This document shows positions 10,714 through 19,078 of a stretch of DNA of 64,000 bases, in pieces. The stretch spans positions 1-64,000 of IMG/VR virus record IMGVR_UViG_3300024999_000068. One strand, given 5' to 3'. The position numbers and the translations under genes were made by a program. Positions within the stretch are counted from its first letter, which is position 1; the number at the start of each line of letters is the position of its first letter. The notes below the pieces were generated by a model. That model ran no database searches, had not been told where the DNA came from, and saw only the letters and a program-made list of their open reading frames with translations. Origin of the DNA: a virus.

Positions 10714-11475
10714 ATGACAATCTTAATAGAAGATGATTTAGGTCATCAAATACCACAATATCAAAATGCACTAGGAACAGCATTTGAACCAGTAAAAGGT
10801 GCTAATGGTGGAGTAAATGTAAATCTATCAGCAGGAGCAACCACAACAGCAATACTTCAATCTGCAGTATCAGCAACTTCAAATGGTGCAATTTTAGATG
10901 TTTCTGGCATGTCTACTTGTATTTTTGACATTCAAGGAACATTTGTCGGAACAATAACTTTTGAAGGATCTACAGATGATTCAGTTTGGTATCCAATTAA
11001 TACAACTCAAATGGGAGGAAATGTAATTGCAACAACTGCAACCGTAGTTGGATTATATAGATCAGTTGTTACAGGATTAAAAAGTGTTAGAGCAAGAGTT
11101 ACTTGGGCATCTGGAACTAGTGTTACTGTAAAAGCTAGGACTACTCCGTTAGAAGCACCTAGTAAAGTTGTTAATGCTACTGTAGTTGGAAGTTTAGTGA
11201 ATAATCAAACGAGCGTTGTAGTTACAGCAAATACAAATATACTTACCGCAAATTACACATCTACAAAATACTCAAAATCAGTTTTACAGGTAATGACAAA
11301 TACAGCAGGGGTTTTATCTTTGGTCGTAGATGGTGTTTCTGGCACATTAAATAGTGGGATAAATTTAGTTGCTAATGCATGGTATGAGTTTGATATATCT
11401 TTGCTTTCTGGGTTAACTTATAACTTGAAATTGTCTGTAGGAGCAACAATGCAAGTTAAATGGCAGGTGATTTAA
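10714..11475 (+). CDS. Virion-associated beta-rich protein (fibre/decoration-like)
   Basis: S/T/G/V-rich; GTFVGTITFEGSTDDSVWY jelly-roll-like motif. Confidence 0.55.
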   Translation: MTILIEDDLGHQIPQYQNALGTAFEPVKGANGGVNVNLSAGATTTAILQSAVSATSNGAILDVSGMSTCIFDIQGTFVGTITFEGSTDDSVWYPINTTQMGGNVIATTATVVGLYRSVVTGLKSVRARVTWASGTSVTVKARTTPLEAPSKVVNATVVGSLVNNQTSVVVTANTNILTANYTSTKYSKSVLQVMTNTAGVLSLVVDGVSGTLNSGINLVANAWYEFDISLLSGLTYNLKLSVGATMQVKWQVI

Positions 11476-11476
11476 T

Positions 11477-13603
11477 ATGGGTAATCCATTACAAGGGGCT
11501 GTAACTCCTGCACAATTTGCTACGCATTTGGCTGAAACTGCGAACTACTTAGAAAACGTATTTTCCACTAATGCAGTAGCAAACGTCTATAACCCTAGCA
11601 TTGCCGTAAATGGTAAAACGAGCTTATATTCGTGGGGTGGGATAATTGATAATGTAGACTCTGCCCTATTGGGGAAGATGCCTGTTTCGGCAGGACAAAC
11701 ATACACAATATCCATACCTAACACAGAAAATGGAATTGACCCTGTATTAAGATGTTACGATAATGGCTTAGTTTTTATTGGCAATAGTTCGGCAGTTTCA
11801 ACTTATCCCATTGCTACTGGGATAAGTGTTACGGCAATTGTAAACGCTGATGGTATGAAGCAAATAACCTTTACATTATCCTCTATTTCGCCTGTTGCTT
11901 TTGTGGAAAGTGTGATTATATTCCCGAATGCGACACATACTGTTGATGATTTCAATAGGATTAAAAACTCTATCGTTGTCCAAATAGGTAGTGCATATAT
12001 AGCGTCAAATGAGTCGTTAAAGGTCGCTTCAATGCCTACAGAGTATAGCAATGTACTGAATGACGTTCAATCTATAAAGGGTTCGCTTAAAGTTATTAAA
12101 AGCGGTAGTAACATATTCCTTAGAACTCCTTGGGATGCTACAAACGATCTTATAGAGCAAATATCCCTTGTTCTTTCTACGGTAGTCTTTGGGAGTAATC
12201 AATCTTTCGAGTTTAATAAGTATGCACTTGTGGCAAAGACAGTAGCCGATGCAGATATTCCAACAGCAGCGATGACACTGTTAAAGGATAATCTTGATAA
12301 CATTGCTCCTGCTAATTATAACGGAACTTATATTGGTGCAGGGCATGGCACTAACTCTGTTCAAAAAATAACCGTTACAGCACACGGCAAGACCGTTCAA
12401 GATGTCGGCTCTGAATGGACGGATAGCGGTGGAACAAAGTTTTATATCATACGGATTGTCGATGCTAATACTTTGTGGATGCTCTCTGAAAATAGTTCGG
12501 TCACTGATATTTGGGCATTCGCAAATATCGTAGGTACTACCTTGACTCACTCAGCAAGTGCAACCCATACAACAGCAATGACTATAACCACTAATGTTGT
12601 TTCCCAACTTTGGCCTTCAATTAAAAATCAAGTTAAGAAATTGCTATTGAATGGTAAGACTGAAATAACCCTTAATGGAGTTTATTATTGTGACTACTTA
12701 GACGTAGTACACACCTATGATATTACTGATACTCCTGCGTTACTGGCGTTTGTGAGGGCAAGTGTAGGAGGTGCCGTACAACCCGACTTCACAAGTCTAG
12801 CCATTACTGATAGTGCAAGAGTGGCTATTAACTACAGGTTTGGCGATAACGGATCATGCACCATTTCGCAATCACTAAGACTCAATAAAAATATCACAAT
12901 GGGTTATCTTGGGTTTATTCAGTCAAGTCCTTTACCGATTCCAACGAGTGGAACATTACAACAATATGTACCAAAGACATTGCCAACAACCGTTAATTCA
13001 GTGTTGTATAACTTTAAGACTATTCAGGACATTACAGCTTTAGCAAATGCCATTAATATGAGTTCGGCATGGTGGGAAGATGCCAATTCCCCCCCTGACA
13101 GATTTATTCAGTTTGCCAAAACATCAGGTGGGGCGAAGAATAATAACTTTGGTTTTATCCTTGGTTATTGTCCAGAGATTGGGCTAGGTGTACCTACCAC
13201 AAGGAAAACGAAAGCTAATGCAGACGCTTTTAATCTATTTACATCTAAGAAGCAATATCCTAAGGCTGTCGCAGGTGCGAGTGTAGATTATCCATATCCT
13301 TATACAGTAAATGCAAACTCTAATTTTGATATTGTCGCTTTTAGATGTCCCATTAATTACAATCTTGATCCAACGGCAACCAATATGTCTTGGTACTATG
13401 TCGGTGATACTATCTACTTGATGCTTGACTATCATGTTGATCTTAACAAGGTACTCGTATTACCTCAAAAGTTTGTAGGAAAAACAGTAACCGTTGTTGA
13501 AAAGTCGGCAAACTTTACGTTAGGGAGTACAATAGTAACGCCTGACGGTATCGCAATTAGCGTAACGGGTGGATACGGTAGTGCAATCCTAAAGATAAAC
13601 TAG
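11477..13603 (+). CDS. Tail fibre/receptor-binding-like protein (cassette with atypical composition)
   Basis: 708 aa, beta-rich, visibly more GC-rich than its flanks; bounded by palindromic sites. Confidence 0.55.
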   Translation: MGNPLQGAVTPAQFATHLAETANYLENVFSTNAVANVYNPSIAVNGKTSLYSWGGIIDNVDSALLGKMPVSAGQTYTISIPNTENGIDPVLRCYDNGLVFIGNSSAVSTYPIATGISVTAIVNADGMKQITFTLSSISPVAFVESVIIFPNATHTVDDFNRIKNSIVVQIGSAYIASNESLKVASMPTEYSNVLNDVQSIKGSLKVIKSGSNIFLRTPWDATNDLIEQISLVLSTVVFGSNQSFEFNKYALVAKTVADADIPTAAMTLLKDNLDNIAPANYNGTYIGAGHGTNSVQKITVTAHGKTVQDVGSEWTDSGGTKFYIIRIVDANTLWMLSENSSVTDIWAFANIVGTTLTHSASATHTTAMTITTNVVSQLWPSIKNQVKKLLLNGKTEITLNGVYYCDYLDVVHTYDITDTPALLAFVRASVGGAVQPDFTSLAITDSARVAINYRFGDNGSCTISQSLRLNKNITMGYLGFIQSSPLPIPTSGTLQQYVPKTLPTTVNSVLYNFKTIQDITALANAINMSSAWWEDANSPPDRFIQFAKTSGGAKNNNFGFILGYCPEIGLGVPTTRKTKANADAFNLFTSKKQYPKAVAGASVDYPYPYTVNANSNFDIVAFRCPINYNLDPTATNMSWYYVGDTIYLMLDYHVDLNKVLVLPQKFVGKTVTVVEKSANFTLGSTIVTPDGIAISVTGGYGSAILKIN
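11521..11544 (+). repeat. Palindromic cassette-boundary site A
   Basis: tacgcatttggctgaaactgcgaa: imperfect inverted repeat, in frame (THLAETA). Confidence 0.5.
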
Positions 13604-13628
13604 TGCGTAGTTGACAATAAACTACGAC
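13604..13628 (+). repeat. Palindromic cassette-boundary site B
   Basis: tgcgtagttgacaataaactacgac, immediately after the stop; cgtagtt/aactacg arms; related to site A. Confidence 0.5.
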
Positions 13629-13651
13629 AAAAGCAAATATAAAATATTACA

Positions 13652-13680
13652 AAAGAGAGTGCGATTTGCACTCTCTTTCT
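13652..13680 (+). terminator. Stem-loop terminator
   Basis: aaagagagtgc-gattt-gcactctcttt. Confidence 0.55.
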
Positions 13681-13709
13681 CTATGTGTAAAAAGGAACGA
13701 GGAGATATA

Positions 13710-14474
13710 TTGGATTATTATGGTATAATATATTCGGCAAAAAATTTAACAAATAATAAAAGATACATCGGTCAAACTACATGTACTCTAGAAAAAAGGA
13801 AAAAGGAGCATATTAATTCTGTTAGTAAACAAAAATTTACATTCCAAAAAGCAATGAAGAAATACGGCATAGAAAATTTTTTATGGGAAGTCATCGATTA
13901 TGCAGATTCTCCTGAAGAACTTGATTATAAAGAAACATACTGGATTGATCACTTTAACACTTATGGGCATGAAGGGTATAATATGACCATTGGTGGTCAG
14001 AAAAACCATACACCATCAAAAGAAGAACGTATTGAATACTTACGTACAAAACATGACGATAGAATATTTTTAGTATTTGATAAACTTGGTAACTTCATTG
14101 AGGAATCAGACAATAGATTTTTATTTTGTGTCGAAAACGATATGACCACGGGGGATCTTAATCAATCATTAAAAAATAGAAGACCTTCTGTTGGTGATTA
14201 TATTCTCATTTATAAAGATAAATTTACAGAAGAAAATCTGAAAAACAGAATTAGTAAGGTAAGGAATACTAAAGATTTTGTAGTATTTGATAAAAATAAT
14301 AATTATTTAGGGTGTTGGAACAATCAAACTCGTTGTTGTGAAGAAATAAATATTAGTACCAGAGGTATTCAAAGGCAACTAAATGAAAACGCAAATAGAG
14401 ACAACCTTCGTAAATACAAAATTTATTATATAGATGATACACCTGACAATCTTAAATCTTTTATGAACAAATAA
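13710..14474 (+). CDS. GIY-YIG homing endonuclease
   Basis: GIIY...KRYIGQT...RKKEH...E..WI...GYN; likely start TTG 13710 after RBS gaggag (ORF track starts at 13611). Confidence 0.8.
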   Translation: MDYYGIIYSAKNLTNNKRYIGQTTCTLEKRKKEHINSVSKQKFTFQKAMKKYGIENFLWEVIDYADSPEELDYKETYWIDHFNTYGHEGYNMTIGGQKNHTPSKEERIEYLRTKHDDRIFLVFDKLGNFIEESDNRFLFCVENDMTTGDLNQSLKNRRPSVGDYILIYKDKFTEENLKNRISKVRNTKDFVVFDKNNNYLGCWNNQTRCCEEINISTRGIQRQLNENANRDNLRKYKIYYIDDTPDNLKSFMNK

Positions 14475-14537
14475 AATATAGTAAAGGCATAATCATATAT
14501 TTGGTTGTGCCTTTGTTTTGATATGGAGTGAGATAAA

Positions 14538-15050
14538 ATTAATTACATACATGCATATGATTTGTCAATGGAGTCAACAGGATTTTGTATATTTGATGAA
14601 AATATGAATCCAATTTTAATTGATTCTATACAAACCAAGAAAAGTCAATCTCATGGTAAAAGACTCAAAGTAATTTATGATAAATTAATGGAATTAAGAG
14701 ATAAATATCCACCAAAAGTAATTGTAATTGAAAGAGGATTTAGTAGGTTTAATATGGCAACTCAGGTAATTTATCGGGTCCATGGTGTAACAAACTTGTT
14801 GTTTTACGACTGTGATCAGATATACTACCCTCCTAAAACCGTCAAAGAGGCAATATTAAGTGGAAATGCTACTAAGAAACAAGTGCAGGAAGAGATTAAG
14901 AAAAGATATCCTGATGTGGTTTTTAAGAATGAGGATGAATCGGACGCATACGCTGTTGGATTAACACATTTTATTAAGACTGGGAAGTTAGAATGGGTTA
15001 AGAATGTTGTGGTTAAGGAGAAGAAAGTTAGAGTTAAGAAGGAAAGTTAA
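14538..15050 (+). CDS. ruvC: Holliday junction resolvase RuvC-like
   Basis: AYDLSMESTG, VIERGF, PKTVKEAILSGNATK, EDESDAYAV; the first catalytic Asp lies upstream of the called TTG, implying an ATT start at 14538 after RBS ggagtgag. Confidence 0.8.
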   Translation: MNYIHAYDLSMESTGFCIFDENMNPILIDSIQTKKSQSHGKRLKVIYDKLMELRDKYPPKVIVIERGFSRFNMATQVIYRVHGVTNLLFYDCDQIYYPPKTVKEAILSGNATKKQVQEEIKKRYPDVVFKNEDESDAYAVGLTHFIKTGKLEWVKNVVVKEKKVRVKKES

Positions 15051-15168
15051 TGGAAGTCAAAGTATGAATGCTGTTGCAAAATCATTTAAAGTGGGACGTA
15101 CTAGATTATTTGCTTTCTTGCGTGATAAAGATATTTTAATGGTTATGGGTTTCTGGTATAATAGATAG
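15043..15168 (+). pseudogene. Antirepressor (ANT/KilAC) gene remnant
   Basis: Frame reads KVNGSQSMNAVAKSFKVGRTRLFAFLRDKDILM, a KilAC-type signature lacking its N-terminus. Confidence 0.55.
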
Positions 15169-15190
15169 GATAAGGAGTGATTAGATAATT

Positions 15191-15496
15191 ATGATAATTG
15201 AACCTAAAATTAAGAAAATTGAAATTTCTACTAATACTACTGGTCTTAAAATATTATGCGACAGATATCAAATAAATCTTAAATTAGATGGTAGAAAAAT
15301 TCCTTGGTTAGTTGAAAAGTTTAATGAGAATGGATTTAAAATAGAATATAAAGCACTTGTGCAACTTTTGAACAATCGTAGTGATTGGAGATTAATTTAT
15401 GCTGTGGGATTATGCCAGATATTTGAAGTAAGAATTGGAGATTTGTTTTATTTTGAAAATGATCAAGAGGAAAGAATAGATATAGATTTTCTTTAA
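15191..15496 (+). CDS. Cro/C1-type HTH DNA-binding protein
   Basis: LVQLLNNR...LCQIFEVRIGDLFYF is a typical XRE C-terminus. Confidence 0.6.
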   Translation: MIIEPKIKKIEISTNTTGLKILCDRYQINLKLDGRKIPWLVEKFNENGFKIEYKALVQLLNNRSDWRLIYAVGLCQIFEVRIGDLFYFENDQEERIDIDFL

Positions 15497-15527
15497 TGAA
15501 TGGATATTATTAATATCATTTTCTATA

Positions 15528-15556
15528 TTGACAGAATCACTTTCTCTATCTATAAT
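15528..15556 (+). promoter_or_regulatory. SigA-type promoter
   Basis: TTGACA-17-TATAAT. Confidence 0.7.
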
Positions 15557-15615
15557 AGTATTAAGGGATTGATAAACAATCACCTGAAAATATTAGAGTA
15601 GAGGGGATACATAAA

Positions 15616-15942
15616 ATGAAAAGAATGATTTATGTGGTAAAAGACCAGAATAATCACTTTGTTCGCAGGGATTGCTTTAAGAAAATAGATGGTGATAATT
15701 TGTATATTTCTTATAGAACTTTCAGTGAGGAATGTAGAGGATATATAGGATTTGAGGCGTGTAATGATGTGCTCAAGGCTTTAGAATTAAAAATTGGTAA
15801 TATTGGGTTAGATGTTAGATTTGGAGTCTCAGAAGTTGATTTAGATGAAGTTATTTTAATACATAATGAATTTGTTGGTAGTGGAAGAGTGGATAATATG
15901 GTTATTATTGACTTAGACGAAGTTGGTTTAGTATGGGAGTAA
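15616..15942 (+). CDS. Hypothetical protein
   Basis: RBS gagggg downstream of the consensus promoter. Confidence 0.55.
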   Translation: MKRMIYVVKDQNNHFVRRDCFKKIDGDNLYISYRTFSEECRGYIGFEACNDVLKALELKIGNIGLDVRFGVSEVDLDEVILIHNEFVGSGRVDNMVIIDLDEVGLVWE

Positions 15943-16118
15943 TTATTGAGTTTCCTTGTAGGGATTATTATTGTGATGATGAGTATGAAGATTATTATGC
16001 TGAAGAAGAATATGAGAGTTGGAATTATGATAATGATTGTGGTGTTGAAATTCTAAAAGAGAATTGGGTTAGAGGTTTTGTTAGGAAATGTTTGATGTTT
16101 GTTTTAATGAGGTTGTGA
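15933..16118 (+). CDS. Small acidic hypothetical protein
   Basis: Overlaps the upstream stop. Confidence 0.4.
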   Translation: MGVIIEFPCRDYYCDDEYEDYYAEEEYESWNYDNDCGVEILKENWVRGFVRKCLMFVLMRL

Positions 16119-16227
16119 AGGTTTTGATTAAGTTAATTTGAAAATTATGGGGGATTTTATTATCCCCTTGATTCCTTATTGTGATATAATTGAATTATCG
16201 AATAATTCATTGAAAGAGGAATTTATT

Positions 16228-16422
16228 ATGAAGATGGTTAGAAAAGTCAGAAAGAAAAATTGTCGTACGAAAGCGAGGTGTGTAATAGTGAAATATGAGT
16301 ATAAAAAACCAATGACATGTATTAATACTATGAGAGATATAATTCAATCTTCAATGAAAGAAAAGGGAATTACCCCAGAGCAAGCAAGAAAATCAATTGG
16401 AATTAAAAGATATGAAAAATAA
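16228..16422 (+). CDS. Putative antitoxin (small basic protein) upstream of PIN gene
   Basis: ATG 16228 after gagg; stop overlaps the PIN start. Confidence 0.4.
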   Translation: MKMVRKVRKKNCRTKARCVIVKYEYKKPMTCINTMRDIIQSSMKEKGITPEQARKSIGIKRYEK

Positions 16423-16984
16423 ACGAAGAATACGTCCAAGAGTGGTTGTTGATACCAATATATTTTTGAATTCATGGATAGACGGTTTAGGTAGTTGCAA
16501 TTACATTCTTGAATTAATTTCTATTAATAGTTTGAGATTATTATTTTCACAAGATACTATTGGAGAGTTCCTATATGTAGCGAAAAATTATTGTATATCA
16601 AATATGAGTAGTGATAAATCTAGAATCCCATTTATGCAAAATTTAGCTGAGATGTTTTATTTGGCAATATCTGTTGATACTTCAGAAACATTATGTCCAA
16701 AAATTAATGATATTTATGATGAGATGTTTCTGAAGTGTGCGATCGAGGGAAAAGCCAATTATCTTATCAGTAATGATTTTAGAAGTGGCATGCACGTATT
16801 AGGGATAAATGATAAAAATGATATTAAGATAGTTAGTTCTCAGGAATTTATTAAGACGTATGAAGAGTTGTTGGTTGGATATATTCTTGTTTTGTTAGTT
16901 TTGCAGAGGATAAAAATTGAGAGTTATAAACTCAATGGGGAAAACTCCACCCTCCTCTGTATTTATATAGAAATTATTATATAA
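16412..16984 (+). CDS. PIN-domain (VapC-like) putative toxin
   Basis: RVVVDTNIF, E in DTIGEF, DEMFLKCA, YLISND: the PIN acidic residues. Confidence 0.8.
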   Translation: MKNKRRIRPRVVVDTNIFLNSWIDGLGSCNYILELISINSLRLLFSQDTIGEFLYVAKNYCISNMSSDKSRIPFMQNLAEMFYLAISVDTSETLCPKINDIYDEMFLKCAIEGKANYLISNDFRSGMHVLGINDKNDIKIVSSQEFIKTYEELLVGYILVLLVLQRIKIESYKLNGENSTLLCIYIEIII

Positions 16985-17157
16985 ACTAATAAATAAAATT
17001 ATTTGACACAACGTTGGAGATAATGATATAATTAATCCATAAATAAAAAAGTATTGATATCTCACTTTTAGGACTCATCTTTCTTTTAAGATACATATGT
17101 GTTTTTACAACATATGAGTTTCTGGTATAATAACTAGAGAAGAAAGGATGAGATAGA

Positions 17158-17376
17158 ATGCCAAGGTTTAATAAAGTAAATCAAACAACAGGTAAGAAGC
17201 AGAGAATACAAGTAGGAGTAGTGACTACAGCAGAATTAAAGGGCGATCTTGAGATATTAGCCAAACATTATAAAAGGACATTATCTGATTTTTGTAAAAT
17301 TGAATTAGAAAAAGTTATTGAACTACCTGAGAATAAAGAAATATTGCAAAATACTAAGCATGAAGTAGATAATTAA
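17158..17376 (+). CDS. Small DNA-binding protein (ribbon-helix-helix-like)
   Basis: IQVGV...LKGDLEILAKHYKRTLSDF pattern. Confidence 0.5.
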   Translation: MPRFNKVNQTTGKKQRIQVGVVTTAELKGDLEILAKHYKRTLSDFCKIELEKVIELPENKEILQNTKHEVDN

Positions 17377-17432
17377 AGATAAAGAGGTATAATCTTGCTA
17401 TATGCTTGAATTAGCCTGTTTAACCTAGTTGG

Positions 17433-17521
17433 ATATTTCTAAACAATCCCTTATACTAGTAAATGTAAGGAAGATTAATTCGGCCTTAACATTTAAAAGA
17501 TAAGGGATTGTTTAGAAATAT
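17433..17521 (+). promoter_or_regulatory. 22-bp perfect inverted repeat overlapping promoter and RBS/start codon
   Basis: atatttctaaacaatcccttat (17433-17454) / ataagggattgtttagaaatat (17500-17521); TTGGAT-17-TATACT overlaps the 5' arm. Confidence 0.65.
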
Positions 17522-18002
17522 GCGTGAAATCAATTATAATGAACTAGTTAGTATCTCAGATGCCTATAGTGGTAAGCAAGTACAGGTATTTTTATCTTCT
17601 CCTATCCAGTCTATGAATACATATCAAATGTTTCGACTAGTAGATGATGGAGATAATCTAGAGTTTTATGACATAAATATTAATAAACCAACTCTTCAGG
17701 AAATGATGATTCCTAAAGATACTATTAAAGAGATTAATTATTTTGAAGGTGGAAATATCTATGAATCAGTATTCTCTATTAGTTTATTAAATGAATGTCA
17801 AATTGATTTTGCTATTAGTGAAAAACCTATGGTTTGCAAGAAATGTGACAAATTGTTAGATAGACATTTAATCCCATCTTGGCAAATAAATCAGATTGGA
17901 AGTTATGGTAGTCAATGGGATAATGAACGTGTTGTGATCGATTTTTGTGAAGATTGTTTGTTGGAATTTCTTGGCTATAAGGATGGTGAGATAGATGAGT
18001 AA
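17508..18002 (+). CDS. Hypothetical protein with C-terminal Zn-binding CxxC pairs
   Basis: CKKC ... DFCEDC. Confidence 0.55.
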   Translation: MFRNMREINYNELVSISDAYSGKQVQVFLSSPIQSMNTYQMFRLVDDGDNLEFYDININKPTLQEMMIPKDTIKEINYFEGGNIYESVFSISLLNECQIDFAISEKPMVCKKCDKLLDRHLIPSWQINQIGSYGSQWDNERVVIDFCEDCLLEFLGYKDGEIDE

Positions 18003-18762
18003 ATTAACATTATTTCAAAATGATAAATTTGGTAACATTAGAGTATTTATCAGAAATGAAGAGTTTTGGTTTGTTGCAAAAGATATATCAGATATACTCA
18101 AATATTCTGAAACAAATGCCATGACTAAGCGATTGGATAGTGATGAAATCATATCCGACAAATTGGAGGGTATGAATATGAAATCAACTTTAATAAATGA
18201 AAGTGGATTATATAATGCAATAATCGGTTCTAAATTGCCTGAAGCAAAGTTATTTAAAAAATGGATTACTTCTGAAGTGCTCCCTTCTATCCGTAAACAT
18301 GGTGCTTATATGACCGAAGATGTAATTGAAAAGACTTTAAATGATCCAGATTTTATTATTCAATTGGCAAATCAGTTAAAAGAAGAGAAGCAAAAGAGAT
18401 TATTTGTCGAGCAACAATTAGAAGAGCAGAGACCAAAAGTTGAGATTTATGATGAGTTAATTGATCAAAAAGATTTAATGAATTTTAAACAAGTTGCTAA
18501 TACATTTGGGTTTTGCGGAAGAAATACACTCATGAAAATATTGAGAGAAGAACATGTACTGTCTGACAATGGTTTTAATTGGAATCTACCATATGCTCAA
18601 TATCTTGAGGCCAATTTATTCAAAGTTAAGATTATCCCAAGAAGGACTCGTGATGGTGTGACAAATATTTGCACAACTTTGTGTACAGTGAAGGCATTGG
18701 AGTTTATTAAGAGGATTTTAGACAAAAAGAAAAGCTTGCAGTTAGAGCTACAAACTTTTTAG
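17995..18762 (+). CDS. Phage antirepressor (BRO-N + ANT/KilAC)
   Basis: WFVAKDI...INESGLY...FKKWITSEVLPSIRKHGAY; GRNTLMKILRE. Confidence 0.9.
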   Translation: MSKLTLFQNDKFGNIRVFIRNEEFWFVAKDISDILKYSETNAMTKRLDSDEIISDKLEGMNMKSTLINESGLYNAIIGSKLPEAKLFKKWITSEVLPSIRKHGAYMTEDVIEKTLNDPDFIIQLANQLKEEKQKRLFVEQQLEEQRPKVEIYDELIDQKDLMNFKQVANTFGFCGRNTLMKILREEHVLSDNGFNWNLPYAQYLEANLFKVKIIPRRTRDGVTNICTTLCTVKALEFIKRILDKKKSLQLELQTF

Positions 18763-18808
18763 GGTTTTTAATGAATTCATGTAAGTAGGATTATACCATA
18801 GATTTAGA

Positions 18809-18839
18809 GAAGAATCCATAGAAATATGGATTCTTTTTG
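18809..18839 (+). terminator. Rho-independent terminator
   Basis: aagaatccata-gaaa-tatggattcttttt. Confidence 0.7.
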
Positions 18840-18954
18840 TGATTGAAAAAATTAAGGTAGGTATAACCTTGCCCCTACGTCAAATATATGACGCACCATC
18901 AAACACAAGGAGTGTTAAATTTCTCCCTTAGTTTTAGTTTAATTTGATAGTTTT

Positions 18955-19071
18955 ACTAGCAGGAGATAGTGGCCTAATTACCCACTATTAGATGTAACTC
19001 GCACATCGCTTCTTGCTAGTTTTTATAATTATGGGCGAGTAGACAATAAAATAAAAATAAGAAAGCGAGTT
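18955..19071 (+). ncRNA. Cloverleaf leader RNA, copy 3
   Basis: Outer stem actagcaggag/cttcttgctagt plus T-run; hairpins atagtgg/ccactat and gatgt/acatc; loop aactcgc complementary to gcgagt (19035-19040) and gcgagtt (19065-19071, RBS position). Confidence 0.7.
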
Positions 19072-19078
19072 GTTGTAA

